Below the pieces are notes generated by a model. That model did no database searches. It worked only from the letters and a program-made list of their open reading frames with translations, and was not told the DNA's origin. Shown here one piece after another: positions 36,166-49,718 of a stretch of 64,000 nucleotides of DNA (positions are counted from its first letter, which is position 1; every line of letters begins with the position of its first letter). Source of the stretch: Podarcis tiliguerta (Eukaryota); assembly GCA_965153285.1 (NCBI GenBank), contig OZ229118.1; one strand, 5' to 3'. A program made the position numbers and the translations under genes.

Positions 36166-39100
36166 TTTGTGAGAGCTGGTATTATGCTTATGTAGAATTA
36201 GTAGTTGTTTATGACATGTGAACCATAGAAATTAAAATGCATATTTTGCTTTGTAATGTTTTGTTCTGTGGTGCTGGACTAGAAACTACTTTCTGTTTTC
36301 ACATTGTTGCAGGTGACTTTGTTTATAGGTTGGGAAATAGATGAGTATGTTACTTTATTGAATTGAGCAAGCACATAATAAAAACTACTATCCATCATTT
36401 GTTATTTAACATAGTCTAGTAGACAGAAATAAATGAACTAGAAAATGAATTGTGGAAGATAAGAGACTTTCGTAGTTCTCAGAAGGTTGATATCCATATA
36501 TATTATACTTACTCTTTTTAAAATGGTAAATTATGTAAATATTAATTTTACTGACAACACTGTAGGTTTTGTTAGTGTGGTTTCTTCCTTTAGTTGTTTG
36601 GGCACCTTCTTATGGCAACATTCACAAATCACACCCAGAAGTAATGGTTCACCTTATGTTTGATTATGGAATAAAAAATAGTAGCTGAAAATATTACTTA
36701 TGGTGTTGTGTGCTCAGTTAACTCTTTCCGGTATTTGCTTCATATGAAGTATTTAATACTGCAGGTTTAAGAGCAACTATGCAATGAAAATATATTCATA
36801 GACGTCCCTTTGAGTTGAATAAATCATGAAGCTGAATCTTGAGATGCTTTCGGCAATAATCTGAGAATATTCCTGTTTAAATATTCCTGTTTGTTTCTAA
36901 AATTGTATGTCATGTGTTATACATAAAAGACAAATCCATTTAAAACAAGAATTACTTGCCAATATGAAATCTCCTACAATCATTATTTGTAAGAGGTCAT
37001 TGAGGTTCCTTTGAATATACAGAAAAAATCTAATACTTTTGCAGGGTCAGGGTAAGCAGTTTGCTCTCTGCCCTGCAAAACAGTAGTATTGTGTAGCATT
37101 CAAGCTTTTCTTGGAATGTTGTGCTATCCCAAATTTCACGTCCGTAACAAATTCCTGGCCTTTAAGGCTAGATTGTATCTTCAAAAATACTGACAGTGGC
37201 AATCGGATGGGTAATACTAGGTAACCAAACATCCAATACCTTCCCCACGTTGCCCAAAGGCTGGAGTCACCCTACCTCATGATTTAGACTTCAATTTGGA
37301 TGTTAAGAGTCGTCAGTACACCAGTACACCACGGTGCCTGGCCACACTAATTTAAGGGGCACTTACCTTCTTTGTTTGTTACCTATTGAAAAAAATAATA
37401 AATGGATGTTATGGTACCAGTTTAAAAAATGTGGCCTTTATGTAGAGGCGGCCATGAACCACTTTTGAATAATTATTCATCCATATGGTGGTCATAACTT
37501 TTTATTGGACTTTGATGCATGGTATGACCTAATGGCATTATCATCAGCTGTCCATATAACCTGGCCACCCTGTGGAGGTAGCTTTTAATCAATTGATTAA
37601 GTATACTCATACACCCAAAAAAAGAAAAAAGAGAAACTTCATCATATTCAGCCAAACTTAACACAAGTGATATTCCAATTTGACATAATTTCACTACATA
37701 CCTAGATGCTCAACAGATTGCTTGAACTTGAATTCTTCCACCCCAGTACAGTTTATTTAGTTTGAAGTTGTGTGTATCATTTGCACTAGTCCACAAATAC
37801 AGCAAAAGCTAATCCTGACGAACTCCTTGAAACAGAGCAGTAAAGCCTAGGCTTAGGAAGCAAAGGCATGTATAATAATCTGTCACTGGGAATATTATAC
37901 AATTGACATGGTCTTGTTGCTTCATTTCAATTTTTGAATATTTGCTTTCAGTTAGGGTGCATCTAGACAAGTGTTTCTGTTGCATCCTAGAAAGGTGTTT
38001 CTGAACTCCAGTCTTCAGAGGTTTAAACAGCAGTGCAAGGCTATTTGCCAAAAAAGCTTTCAAAGAGCACTGTAAATACCCTACGATCAGGATTCTGCAC
38101 TGTGAAGCTCCCCACACCTGTCATATTTGGCCCAGCAGGGGTGGGAAGATAAAAATGTGACTCTCTGGCCAGAAAGTTTTCTCACCCTTGTAGCATAGCA
38201 TCCTGTTTCCTACAGTGACCAGCCCCAGTGCCAATAGAAAGTTCACAAGCAGGGTGTGAGTTCAAAAGCCCTCTCCTGCTTCACAGAAGCATGTGGTCTA
38301 TGATCCTTAAAGATAAAGTCTATGCAAATAGTATAGTTTGTGTTCAACATGGCTAATAATTTGTTTGCTCGAGAAACATAGAAAGTGACTGTATACTAGG
38401 TCAGGTTTATAGACCTTAGATTTTCTGCTAAAATGGCTTTTAACCAGAGATAAAACTTGAGGTCCTGGAAACCTGTTGCCTGTTAAAGTAGATGATACTA
38501 GATTAGCTGAACAAATCTGGCATGGCCACATCATTGGGCTGAAATAAAGCACAGTGTATTTGGGTAGTTAATGGATTAATACATCTAAATGGAGTCTATA
38601 AGTGAAAAGGGACTATCAGTTAAGACTAAAACAAAAAGTTTAGGGGGGGCAGATAAATTTGTTCCAGTAGGAAAAGTATTTTCAGTACAGTACTTGGAAT
38701 AGCTTGGCTAGAGTGTCAAATCCACAATTTTTATGCTAGAGCATTTATCCAACTGTCCATTGAAAACAACTTTTTAAAATTCTATAAGGATAGAATATCT
38801 GTGGAAAGTCTAGAATGTGCATCTCATATAATCTCATATCTCAAATTAACATTTTTTTAAAAAAACATACTTGACCTTTTCTACTGCTATCTGACCTTTA
38901 ATATTTTAGCCCCAAGTCTAGTAAACATCAGTTTGGAAAGCAATGGTTTACAGAGCATTCTCAATAGTCTTCATCTCCTTCAAATCATAACAGTTGAAGC
39001 TTAGCAGATGCTGTGGCATTAAATCTACTTCTGCAGAAAAAGCAGCTTTTGACCTCTGGGCACCTATTAATGACCTTAAGCAATGTGTTGGCTGGATTTT

Positions 39101-39870
39101 CTGATTTCCATATGATCGACAGAGCAGATTAGAATTGGGAGATAGTGTTCTTCCTCTCTGGTACACGTACAGTGTCTGGAAGTTAACTCCCATATCTGAT
39201 AGACAGGCTGTTTGCAATTTTACGATACAAATGTGACCTGCATCCAGGTGCTGCAGCATGGAGTTTTTCTATTCATGGTACCATCCATGTCCTCTTGTAG
39301 GATACCCTATTGCATTCCAGCAGCACCTCAATTTTTCTGCCCCAATCAGACATTATTCTGTGACCAGTGAGCATGCCAAGTCCTCACTGAGCTGTTCCTT
39401 TGCATGGAGTAGGGGTAGAGGCTCTTAGGTTTCTGTTCTTGAAAACATAGAGCTCCCCAAAGCATGCTGAAGCATCCCATTTGCTTCTTGGTAGCTCTGC
39501 TTTGCCTTTGGTGGTGCTCACCTGCTGAGTTCATGACTGAAGTGAGTGATTAATTGATGGCAGTATTCTAGGTTTCATCGTGAACATGTAGTACTTTAGA
39601 TGAGTTTGAAAATGGGACTAAGCAGCACTCACAAATATATTAATCTTGCTTTCAATATAAGTATGTTCCAGGTATGTCTTTTTTACCCAAAATACAGTGA
39701 ATTCCTGTTATATACTTCCCACAGGTAATGGTAAAGTGCTGAGAAAAGATGAACCTTGGCTTGTCTGTGGAGTAAATATTAAATTCGCTGCATGTACATG
39801 TTTTGAGTTGTGTTTAGTATTATAAGAAGCCTCTGAATGTTTTTTTCTCGATACTTAATGATCATTTCAG

Positions 39871-40048
39871 GCCACAGAGAGTGAAGCTGGCGATATGGAT
39901 CTGAGTGGGTTACCAGAGACAGCAGTGGATTCTGAGGATGATGATGATGAAGAGGATATTGAGAGGGCTTCTGACCCTCTAATGAGCAGGGATATTGTTA
40001 GAGATTGCCTGGAGAAAGACCCAATAGACAGGACAGATGATGATATTG
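39871..40048 (+). CDS. RAPGEF2: RAPGEF2 exon ([11 protein letters not shown]...RTDDDI)
   Basis: TTTCAG acceptor, TTG|GTAAGC donor, phase 0 to 1. Confidence 0.97.
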
Positions 40049-40373
40049 GTAAGCTACCGTGGAAACCCAGCAGAGGAAGATGTTAGTGGCATTTGCAGTT
40101 TCTTTAACATGTATTTTATTTTCCAAAATTTTACTAAATGACACTTTAACAAAAAAAGATTTTTAATATAATAAACAAAAGGAAGTTGTAAAATGCTTGA
40201 AACGTAGTATGATTTATGACTTGTTAAACCTGTAGAATATAATGAAAATACAGTACACAAAACATTGTGGAATAATACAAGCTTAGAATCCCATGGCATA
40301 TTCCTAAAATCTCATTATCAAGTAGTTGTCATTGCTTATACATGTTTAACTCAGTGAGTTCATTATTTTTTAG

Positions 40374-40510
40374 AACAACTCCTGGAATTCATGCATCAGT
40401 TACCCGCTTTTGCTAATATGACAATGTCAGTGAGGAGAGAACTCTGTGCTGTGATGGTGTTTGCAGTCGTAGAAAGGGCGGGGACCATAGTTCTAAATGA
40501 TGGAGAAGAG
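40374..40510 (+). CDS. RAPGEF2: RAPGEF2 exon, cNMP-binding-like domain ([13 protein letters not shown]...NDGEE)
   Basis: AG/GT boundaries, phase 1 to 0. Confidence 0.97.
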
Positions 40511-40980
40511 GTAAGTAGTTGCATAATTCAGTGGTCCTTCCTGAGAGATCTAAAACTTCCTTTTTATGTTCTTAACCCCCCCCCGATAAAATATTTTTGC
40601 CACCGGTGCTTACAGATTTATTTATTTATTTATTTATAGAAATTACAGATTTGCTGAACAGAATATTCTTAATGTAGCTTGGACTTAGTAGTAGATCACA
40701 GAGGGGTGTAATGTAGCCTGAATGTTATGCCAGTGAAAAATGGTATTAAATGTATGCAGCTTCCTATGTTCCTGTATTTGCAAGCCCTTCCTTACAATCA
40801 CAAGGCTTCAGTTTGACCGATAACATCAGATGCAAATTAGTTGCAGCAACTGCAGTGATCTATAACTGCCAACTGCCCCACCCTCCGTGTTCTAAAACTG
40901 CCAGCTTGGCTTAGAGCATCTTTTGATCAGAGGAGTTGAGGAGAGTCAGGAGTGAAAGCAATAGAGTGCAGTCTGGTTTG

Positions 40981-41220
40981 GTCGTGTGATATTAGTGTTG
41001 GGTGTGCGATATCAGCGTTGGGTGTGCGATACCAGCATTGGGTGTGCGATATCAGCATTGGGTGTGCGATATCAGCGTTGGGTGTGCGATATCAGCGTTG
41101 GGTGCGTGATATCAGCGTTGGGTGCGTGATATCAGCGTTGGGTGTGCGATATCAGTGTTGGGTGTGTGATAGCAGCATTGGGTGTGTGATATCAGCATTG
41201 GGTGTGCGATAACAGCGAGT
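40981..41220. repeat. Minisatellite, 20-bp unit GGTGTGCGATATCAGCGTTG, about 12 copies
   Basis: Direct reading. Head-to-tail units with no spacers. Confidence 0.97.
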
Positions 41221-41712
41221 GTTGTAGGCATGGGGAAAGTGTGCTCGAAGTGTACCTGTCTGCATGCAGATCCTGAAGAGAGAGCAGAGCAAGCAAGTGT
41301 AAGAAAGAGCTTGAGAGATCAGGAGCCATGTGTCACGCAGCCCTCGGATGGTTTGGCAAGCTCAAATGTGACCCATGGGTCTGAAAAGGTTAGCTGTCCT
41401 GTTCCATACTGCTTATAGGAGAAGCAAATACAATGTTTAATCTTCTTTGCCTTAAAAGTAGCTGATAAATAAGGCAGCATATCCAGTAGATATGTCTGCA
41501 TCTCCTTTAACCTCTGTATATGTGTAAAGTTTATGTTGGTAAAACTGCAGGATCTTGAAGTGGTTTTTTTATTATGTATACATGTACTTTCCCACTTTTT
41601 TCATTTCCCTTTTGCAAGCATTAATTGAAAAACAAATTCACACAATGATACCTAAAAAGGTGAAATGGTTTTCCTATGTTTGTATGTCTCAAACTCTATG
41701 TTTCATTTTTAG

Positions 41713-41871
41713 CTGGACTCCTGGTCTGTTATTTTGAATGGTTCTGTGGAAGTAACCCATCCTGAAGGAAGATCAGAAATATTATGCATGGGAAACAGTT
41801 TTGGTGTTTCCCCTACCATGGATAAAGAATACATGAAAGGAGTAATGAGAACCAAAGTGGATGATTGCCAG
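41713..41871 (+). CDS. RAPGEF2: RAPGEF2 exon ([14 protein letters not shown]...KVDDCQ)
   Basis: AG/GT boundaries, 159 nt. Confidence 0.97.
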
Positions 41872-42106
41872 GTAGAAAATAAAATCTGAATTACCTGTTA
41901 GAATAATATGCAGATATATGACAGGCTCAGATGTAATGCTGAATTATTATTGGTGTGTTTTCCTCTCTTCTCCAGCACAGCTGTGTGGAAGAGATCAGAA
42001 TATGTGGTTACTCTATGACAAAGCTGGCCAGTGGGTTGGATCCAGAATTCCCTTACCTTCCACAGGCCACTTTTGACAGGTGGTCAGGATCACCCACCTG
42101 CCACTC

Positions 42107-42148
42107 ACATAACATATAACATCACATCACATCACATCACATCACATC
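42107..42148. repeat. (CACAT)n pentanucleotide microsatellite
   Basis: Direct reading. Confidence 0.85.
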
Positions 42149-45133
42149 AGGTGACCTAACTTTGAACCCATGGCAAAGGAATCAGGAGCCACTCTTAAGA
42201 GCATCCACTTCCTCCTTTGTGGTCTCAGGATGAATTCAAGCTATGCTTGCAAAGGAACGTTTTTTTCCCTTTGCAGTCTCAGCTTGAATTCAAGCTGCAA
42301 AGATTCCTGCCAAGAGTGATTCTTGCATTTGGCGGTGGATTTAAATTCAGTGCAAAATGCAAGTGCCACTCTTGGATGAGATGACTTCATTCAGAAGTTC
42401 CAGTTGGAGAGTTCTAAGTGGAGCCAATCGCCAACAAGGCACAATTGGCACTAAATTTACACGAACAGTTCCTAAGTGGAACAAAGCAGAGCGTGCATTT
42501 GACTCAAAATGCAAAAGACAACAAATGTAAGTCCCGCACCAGGAGTACACTACTCTAGTGTGTCTTTGCAGCCGCAGCTTGACGTTCTTCACACCTGCTG
42601 TCATATGGTATCAGCTCTGGGACAGTTGGGTGCGGCTGAGGAAAAACAGCTTTGTGAGTGCTAGACCCCAGGAGGAAAGATGGAGCCCAGCCACCCAGGT
42701 GAAGACAGCCTTGTGGTACAGAGACTCCCTGATGCTGATACTAGGCCCAACGCTCGCCAGCAGCATCAGGCAGCCCTGTTCTGCAAGGCTGGATAGGGCG
42801 GCTTGCACCGTACACCTTGTGAAGTGGTGCAGAGGCTGCCTGATGGTGGTGCTGGGGCAAAGCATACACTTGGCTACTGCCTGGCTGCCTTCACCTGGGA
42901 GGGTGGGCTGTGTCTTTCTTCCAAGGGAATACAACCACCCCATGAAGAAAGAGGCAGCCTGCCTGCTTGGGTGAAGGCAGTCAAATGCATGGAGCCTGAC
43001 AGGTTCGGTGCTCTTGGCTACTACCACCTAGTCCATCTTCTGGGAGTGGAGGGCGAATGGGCTATCTCTTTCTCCTAGAAGAAAGAGGTAGCTTGCCCAC
43101 CTCCCCCACACCAGCCAAGGTGGAGGGAGCCTCGGAAAGGAGCCTGTCAGGCTCCATCCCAGGGCTCCCTCCATCTTTGAGGAGGGGGAGGGGTGAGCGG
43201 GCTGTCTCTCTCCCCTCCAGAAAGAGGTAGCTCACCCACGCCAGCGAAGGCAGAGGGAGCCTCAGAAAGGAGTTCCTGCCGCTCGCACGCCATAGATCTG
43301 GAGATCTATGCCTGATCTATGGGTTTGGGAAACGTCAACAGGCTTTCCCATCTGGATAAATGGGTCTTGACAACTGACTACTTGTTAGGGTCTTCATCCT
43401 GTTTTAAATATGTTTGTGTTTTAATTTTTTTAAGAATTATTTTACATTTAAATCGCCTTGAAACTATAAATTTAGAAGGCAATTAATATAACAAGGGTAG
43501 CAACAACAATAATAAACCACAGTATGAAGTTGTTTACTAAACCATAAAAAGAACAGCCAAGGGTTATCCAGGTTTGGACAACTACCAACTGGGGTTGATC
43601 AGTTAGCTAAAACCTTAAGTTAGTTAAAAATGGAAGTGACTGCTTCTGTACTCCTACCCATCGCTGTGCCAAAGAAGGAATATGGAGAGGTGAGCTGGCC
43701 AGCCTGAGGCTCACTCACATAGCACTAAACTGTATTGCAGCTGAACAAAGCCATTATGTGCCATAAATATGAGAACATTAAGTGATGTAAACTTGTGGCT
43801 GTAGTATAACTTCAGTGTCTCAAGCGCGGCCTCATTGATCTGTCAAAAAACCAAAATGAATATCCAGTGTTTGTGGTTAATGAACCTATTTGCAACACTT
43901 GTTAGTAAAGATCACATTCTTATGAATTTTAAATGAAAGAATATTAATTTGAAATATATGAATATTTATTCATTTCTTTCTCTGTTCTTAAATGCTGTAT
44001 TTCAAGGTAGAGCCCGCCCAATGTGGCATACAAAATGAAATTAGTTTGTATTAAATACAGGATAATTTAGATTCATATTCATAACAGAGAGAGAGAGGAG
44101 TGCCTTACTGCTTCTGTTTCTCCCTACGACGGCCTCAGCAGTTGCAGTTGGTAGTTAGACAGAGAGAGAATCTCAGCTGCAGTTGTATCCAAGAATATAA
44201 ATGCTGTGATTTTAAACATTCCAGTATAAAAGAGAATACATTCATTTCTAGAACCAAAATAGTTCATCAACAACCCTGGGTGATAAAAACTGGACATTGC
44301 ACAAGTGTGGTGTGTTCAGTTAAAAACTTGCATGTTGTGAAAGGGTGAGGACATGACTGTCAGGTGGAAGGAATCACATATTTTATTTTACTTTATTATG
44401 CTTGGCAATAATATTCTGATTAAAAGGGGGAAATAGCTGCTTATTTTAATTGTAGAAGCAACTGTTAAAAAGGCATTTTTCTTTCATCATTTACTTTTAA
44501 ATGCCCTCAAGATGGAAATTAGGAATTTCCTTAAAATAAATGTGAAGTCAGATTTAGCTTTTATTTAGGGCAATAGGCGAAGGATAGAGATATGAGATTT
44601 CTTTGATAGGCATTAATTCATATTTTATCAATTAATCATGCACTTTCCTAAGGCAAGAATTATAACAGAATATATCATTCTGGCTTATTCAACCACTTAG
44701 TGTAGCAGAAATGATCATAAGGCACATTTGGATATTCATTGCATAAAGCACTATATCTGCAGTGATAACAGAAAAATTGCTTATAGTAGCCCTTGTGATA
44801 GTGAACAGTTCCAAAATCAGAGAAGTAGTGGAACCTGTAGAAATTCAACTTCTGCATTTAGCTGGAAAACTAATTTAGAAAAATATCTATGTGCCATAAA
44901 AGTAAAACGAAGGTAATAATAATAATGAGCTTTAATGGGGGTTATTAATCGATCTCATGAAGTTAAAGGTCTGACTTCATAGTTTCTGCTACATTTGAGG
45001 ATGGCAAATCTATAGTATCCCTTACACTTGGGACTAAGGTATGCTAGACAGCAGGGCAGGTTGGACAAAGTACTCTTTAACATTTTAGAAACCATTACCT
45101 TTGAACTTGTCTCTTGCAATCTATTTTCCCTAG

Positions 45134-45286
45134 TTTGTGTGCATAGCCCAGCAAGATTATTGCCGCATCCTCAACCAAGTGGAGAAAAACATGCAGAAGG
45201 TAGAAGAGGAAGGAGAGATTGTTATGGTTAAAGAACATAGGGAATTGGATCGCACTGGAACAAGAAAGGGTCACATTGTTATCAAG
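45134..45286 (+). CDS. RAPGEF2: RAPGEF2 exon ([11 protein letters not shown]...GHIVIK)
   Basis: AG/GT boundaries, 153 nt. Confidence 0.97.
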
Positions 45287-45574
45287 GTATATTTTTTATA
45301 CTATAATATACCTAATAGCAGTTTATCTATTTCTTTCAAACCACAGTCTTCTTTATTTATATCATAATGTTATACAGATGCTGTCTTTTTTCAGACTTTT
45401 TAATGAGAAAAACCACCAAAGAACTATTCTTAATTGCTGGGTATGGTGCTTTGTGTAAATCTGGTCCAGTAAATGTATGTTGACTTCAGTGAGACAAAAA
45501 AAAAAAAAAGGGGGGGGGGGCTCAAGCTGAGATGCATTCATGTGTATTGATATTTGAACATTTACATTTTATAG

Positions 45575-45739
45575 GGAACGCCGGAAAGGTTGACAATGCA
45601 TTTGGTGGAAGAACATTCAGTGGTTGATCCAACATTTATCGAGGATTTCCTGTTGACCTACAGGACATTTCTTTCCAGCCCGATGGAAGTGGGGAAGAAG
45701 TTATTGGAGTGGTTCAATGATCCTAGCCTCAGGGATAAG
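45575..45739 (+). CDS. RAPGEF2: RAPGEF2 exon, REM domain ([10 protein letters not shown]...PSLRDK)
   Basis: ATAG acceptor, AAG|GTTGCA donor, 165 nt. Confidence 0.96.
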
Positions 45740-45957
45740 GTTGCATTAATAATGACATTCTAAAATATGACCGTATTTTAATATACACTAATTAAACAAA
45801 TTGTAAAGTGGTCTCGGTTAGTTTAATTGGACAACAAAGCAGGCAATATTTCCCTCCCCCACTGGAGATAACATTTCTATGGAGGAGAAAAAGAATGTAT
45901 ATAATCTGATTGGCCACCTATGTCTATTTCACTACTTGTAGCAATGCATGTAATGAA

Positions 45958-46364
45958 AAAAAGGTAAAGGACCCCTGACAGTTAAGTCCAGTCGCAAACG
46001 ACTCTGGGGTTGCAGCGCTCATCTCGCTTTACTAGCCAAGGGAGCTGATGTTTGTTCACAGACAGTCATGTGGCCAGCATGACTAAGCTGCTAATGGCGA
46101 AACCAGAGCAGCGCACAGAAACGCCGTTTGCCTTCCCGCTGGAGTGGTACCTATTTATCTATTTGCACTTTGATGTGCTTTTGAACTGCTAGGCTGGCAG
46201 GAATCATAGAATCATAGAGTTGGAAGAGACCACAAGGGCCATCGAGTCCAACCCCCTGCCAAGCAGAGCTGGGACTGAGCAACGGGAGCTCACCCCATCG
46301 CAGGGATTCAAACCGCTGACCTTCTGATCAGCAAGCCCTAGGCTCAGTGGTTTAGACCACAGCG
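45958..46364 (-). mobile_element. Sauria SINE interrupted by a CR1 3' tip
   Basis: AAAGGTAAAGG tail on the + strand. Colinear with the other Sauria SINE copies. Confidence 0.9.
46201..46266 (-). mobile_element. Very short CR1 3' end nested in the SINE
   Basis: Reverse complement reads GGCAGGGGGTTGGACTCGATGGCCCTTGTGGTCTCTTCCAACTCTATGATTCTATGATTC. Confidence 0.85.
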
Positions 46365-47135
46365 TTAAATGTACCCATCTTCATTGACCTGAAAATCAGT
46401 TTTAAAAACTTTTGTTTGTGTTAATCAGATTAAAGTTTTCACATTTGACATTCATGCCTGACTAGATTTTAGCCAGATATGTGAAAGAGGTTAAAAAGCT
46501 TTAACTGGAGTTAGAAATGGGCAGAGCAGTCCTAGGCCCCAGCTGGAAGCAGCAGAGTGGTGAGTTGACAACCACATTCAGAAACACACAGGATTGTCCT
46601 TCAGTGCTCCAAAAGGGAGCTTCACTGAGATTGGCTGGCTGCACTTCATCAGGAACTCCCTAGTGCAGCTGGTAGGGCTCTCAGCTCTCATCAGCTGTTG
46701 GGTGCTGACAGCCACCCTTTGGAATATGTTTGTAAGCAGCTTATATTCAGACCACTAGCAAATGGACTTTCAAGGGGGTAGCTTGTAAACTGGTTGGTAC
46801 CGAAAACTGGCTTTCAAAGGGGCTTTGTGAGCTCCTTTCAGGTTGTCATCCGACATCATAATGACACCAGATGATTACAGGTGAACAGCCCCACCCACTT
46901 GGCCAATGGGTTGAAGCAAGGAAGGATACAATACACTAGCCAGGTCCAATTCCTCAGCTGTGCACTAAATTTATGGTGCATAGAATTCAGCATCCTGAAA
47001 GTTTGTTTCTAGCCTTTAATAGCTATGAAGATAGATATCTATTGACAGATCCAACAGAGTTATCCAGGGAAGAAGGGAGCAGACCTCTGTGATCTACAAA
47101 GTCCCTTGCTTCTTTCTTTCCATGTTAGGCAAAAT

Positions 47136-47209
47136 ATTCCTGCATTGCTGGTACCTGGACTAGATGACCCTTGTGGTCCCTTCCAACTCTACAATTCTAG
47201 AACTCTATG
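47136..47209 (+). mobile_element. CR1 3' tip
   Basis: TGGACTAGATGACCCTTGTGGTCCCTTCCAACTCTACAATTCTAG. Confidence 0.7.
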
Positions 47210-48049
47210 TTTGGATGCCTCAATTCATGTTAGGTCTAAGAATTCAAGCAGTTACTTTCAAATTTGTGGCATTGTAGCAGAACAGGGATTTTAGAAACTT
47301 GGAGGGTAACGGGTTCTCAACAGCACATTGTCGGAATTTCAGTTCCTGTCAAGGTCTATTTATGGATTCTTTAAACTCATTGTAACGAAAGACTGCATTG
47401 AATTTTGTGTTTTGTTAGTGCATAGAAGTGGTAGTTGTATTGATTCCATGTTATTAAAATCTATATAATGAATAGTGGCTTCTGATAGTGACTCAGTTTG
47501 CTGACACAGCAGGAGCAAAGTTTTCCTTTTGAACTAAGGTAGCATAGCTAAAAAGCATATTACAGAAACATGCAAAATTGGAAATGGCCTTTAGGCCTTT
47601 TTTTAAAAGAAGAAAAAGTAACCCAAATTTATTTTTTAATCTGTTATTTTTGTAAGACAGTTAACTGTTTGGAGCCTATTGCTTCAGAAGCAATTCTTTT
47701 TAAATTGCTACAATTTCAACACTATAGTTTCATGAAGAGATATGGTGGTGTTTCTTATTTGCATAGACGTCCTGTGGTAAAAACGTAGGATAACAGGTTT
47801 CTCTTCTCTGAAAAGAAGTACGTGAAGGATTTTGTACAAATGTGAAGCTTTATGTTTAAAACCCAGTTTCTTGCTTTTTCTTTATTTTAACCTGGTGGAC
47901 TTCTAGAAATTTAAAAAAAATGTCACTAGATCAGATACTGAAGTATATGGTGTTGGGGAAATGTCTAAAATAAGAAAGCAGCTGAAAAATAGTTTTCCTT
48001 GGGTTTTTAAAACTGCATTTATATAAAGAATTTATATTGTTTCTTTCAG

Positions 48050-48157
48050 GTTACACGGGTAGTATTGTTGTGGGTGAACAATCACTTCAATGATTTTGAG
48101 GGAGATTCTGCAATGACTCGTTTTCTGGAAGAATTTGAGAACAATTTAGAAAGAGAG
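48050..48157 (+). CDS. RAPGEF2: RAPGEF2 exon ([13 protein letters not shown]...NLERE)
   Basis: AG/GT boundaries, 108 nt. Confidence 0.97.
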
Positions 48158-48246
48158 GTATGAATTATTGGCAAAATAAGAGACTTGCTGTCCTACACTG
48201 AGGTGACTTTACATCTAACAAATGGCTCTGGATTCTCTCCCCACAG

Positions 48247-48450
48247 AAAATGGGTGGACATCTGAGGCTGTTAAATATTGCATGTGCTGCTAAAGCTAAA
48301 CGAAGAATGATAACATTAACAAAGCCATCTCGGGAAGCCCCTTTGCCTTTCTTATTATTGGGAGGATCTGAAAAGGGATTTGGAATCTTTGTTGACAGTG
48401 TTGATTCAGGTAGCAAAGCCACTGAAGCAGGCTTGAAACGTGGTGATCAG
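48247..48450 (+). CDS. RAPGEF2: RAPGEF2 exon, PDZ domain start (KMGGHLRLL...LKRGDQ)
   Basis: AG/GT boundaries, 204 nt. Confidence 0.97.
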
Positions 48451-48559
48451 GTATGTAAATTAAATTTCATCAGGTTGTTCTTGGAATGCCAATAGTTGTA
48501 GTGGAGACTCCTCATCGTTATGAATTGCCAGGATTCAATCCTTTTGTTCCTCTTTCTAG

Positions 48560-48668
48560 ATATTGGAGGTAAATGGCCAAAATTTTGAAAACATTCAGCT
48601 GTCTAAAGCCATGGAAATTCTTCGAAATAACACACATTTGTCTATCACTGTGAAAACTAACTTATTTG
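48560..48668 (+). CDS. RAPGEF2: RAPGEF2 exon, PDZ domain end ([10 protein letters not shown]...VKTNLF)
   Basis: AG/GT boundaries, phase 0 to 1. Confidence 0.97.
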
Positions 48669-49718
48669 GTAAGTTTAAAGCCATAGGTTTAAGTATAACT
48701 TTTATTATAATGCAATAGTTTTAGAATTGTGTTGCGATGAGACCAGGAGTACCCTCACCAGGATGTCCTTAAAAGCACAAAGACAGCTTGTTCACTACTT
48801 GCCATCTTTTTCTGCAATGCACAACGATAGATGAGTTTTACGGTGCATTCCAGAACACATCTTTAAATTGTGCAGAATAGAATTTCCACAGGCAAGGTCG
48901 ATGTGGAAAAAGATTCACTGAGGGTAGAAAGCAAGACATCCACACTTGCAATAAATGTTTCAGTCTCCATAGTTACTGCTGTATAAGAACAAAATGTGCA
49001 GATGTTATAATATATTATAACAATGCAAAAAACTGATAAAAAATCATAATAAGAAATGGAATCTATTTGCTGTTCAACTTAGTTCAGTGGGGTTTACTTC
49101 CTCTTAAGTGGGAATTGTAGCCTTAAATTACAAATGTTCCCTTTTGAAGTTTAGGAAAGATTAAGGTCAGAAAAGACTATTGCGGTAATGAAATTTAACT
49201 TCATACATAAGATAATATGTATGTCTGCATAATGTTTCTAAAGTAACTACAGCCAAGACCCTTAGTGTGAAATGATTTTGGAAGCAGTGTAAAGTTACTA
49301 AAACTGTTTGTGGAAAATCATTCTTGGAGGCCTTTGTACCTCGCAGCATTCCTCTGAATATGTTGAGACAACTTGCATAACTATTGTGTTATGGCTTTCC
49401 TAGATTTGCCGCTGTAGGATTTCAGTTGACCTTCTGGAAGGAAATATGCCATAGCTTTTTTCTTGTTTCTGACATAAACGTGCCCTTGCTCTTTAGCTGT
49501 GTATGGATTTTTAAACTCTCTTTATTAGGTATAAGATGAACAACTTATTTTGAGGCTTAATTCTATGCCCAGGAATAGATTTTTAGAAGTATTGTTAAGT
49601 CCAAGCATGGATTTTGTTCAAATGTGAAATGCCTCTTTGCTTTTCATAGCCTGTGCAAGAAGGGTCTGATGTATTTCTTTTGAGTTTATTTTCTATGTGT
49701 TTTCCGTCTTTTGTGCAG

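Noticed and set aside
40981-41220. CRISPR-like array, and repetitive ORF 40952-41212
   Set aside because: Units are contiguous with no unique spacers, the context is a vertebrate intron, and there are no cas genes. The ORF is a by-product of the repeat.
42558-43078. Overlapping 138/138/91-aa ORFs as a nested gene
   Set aside because: GC-rich inverted-repeat sequence explains the lack of stops. No recognisable domain or splice structure.
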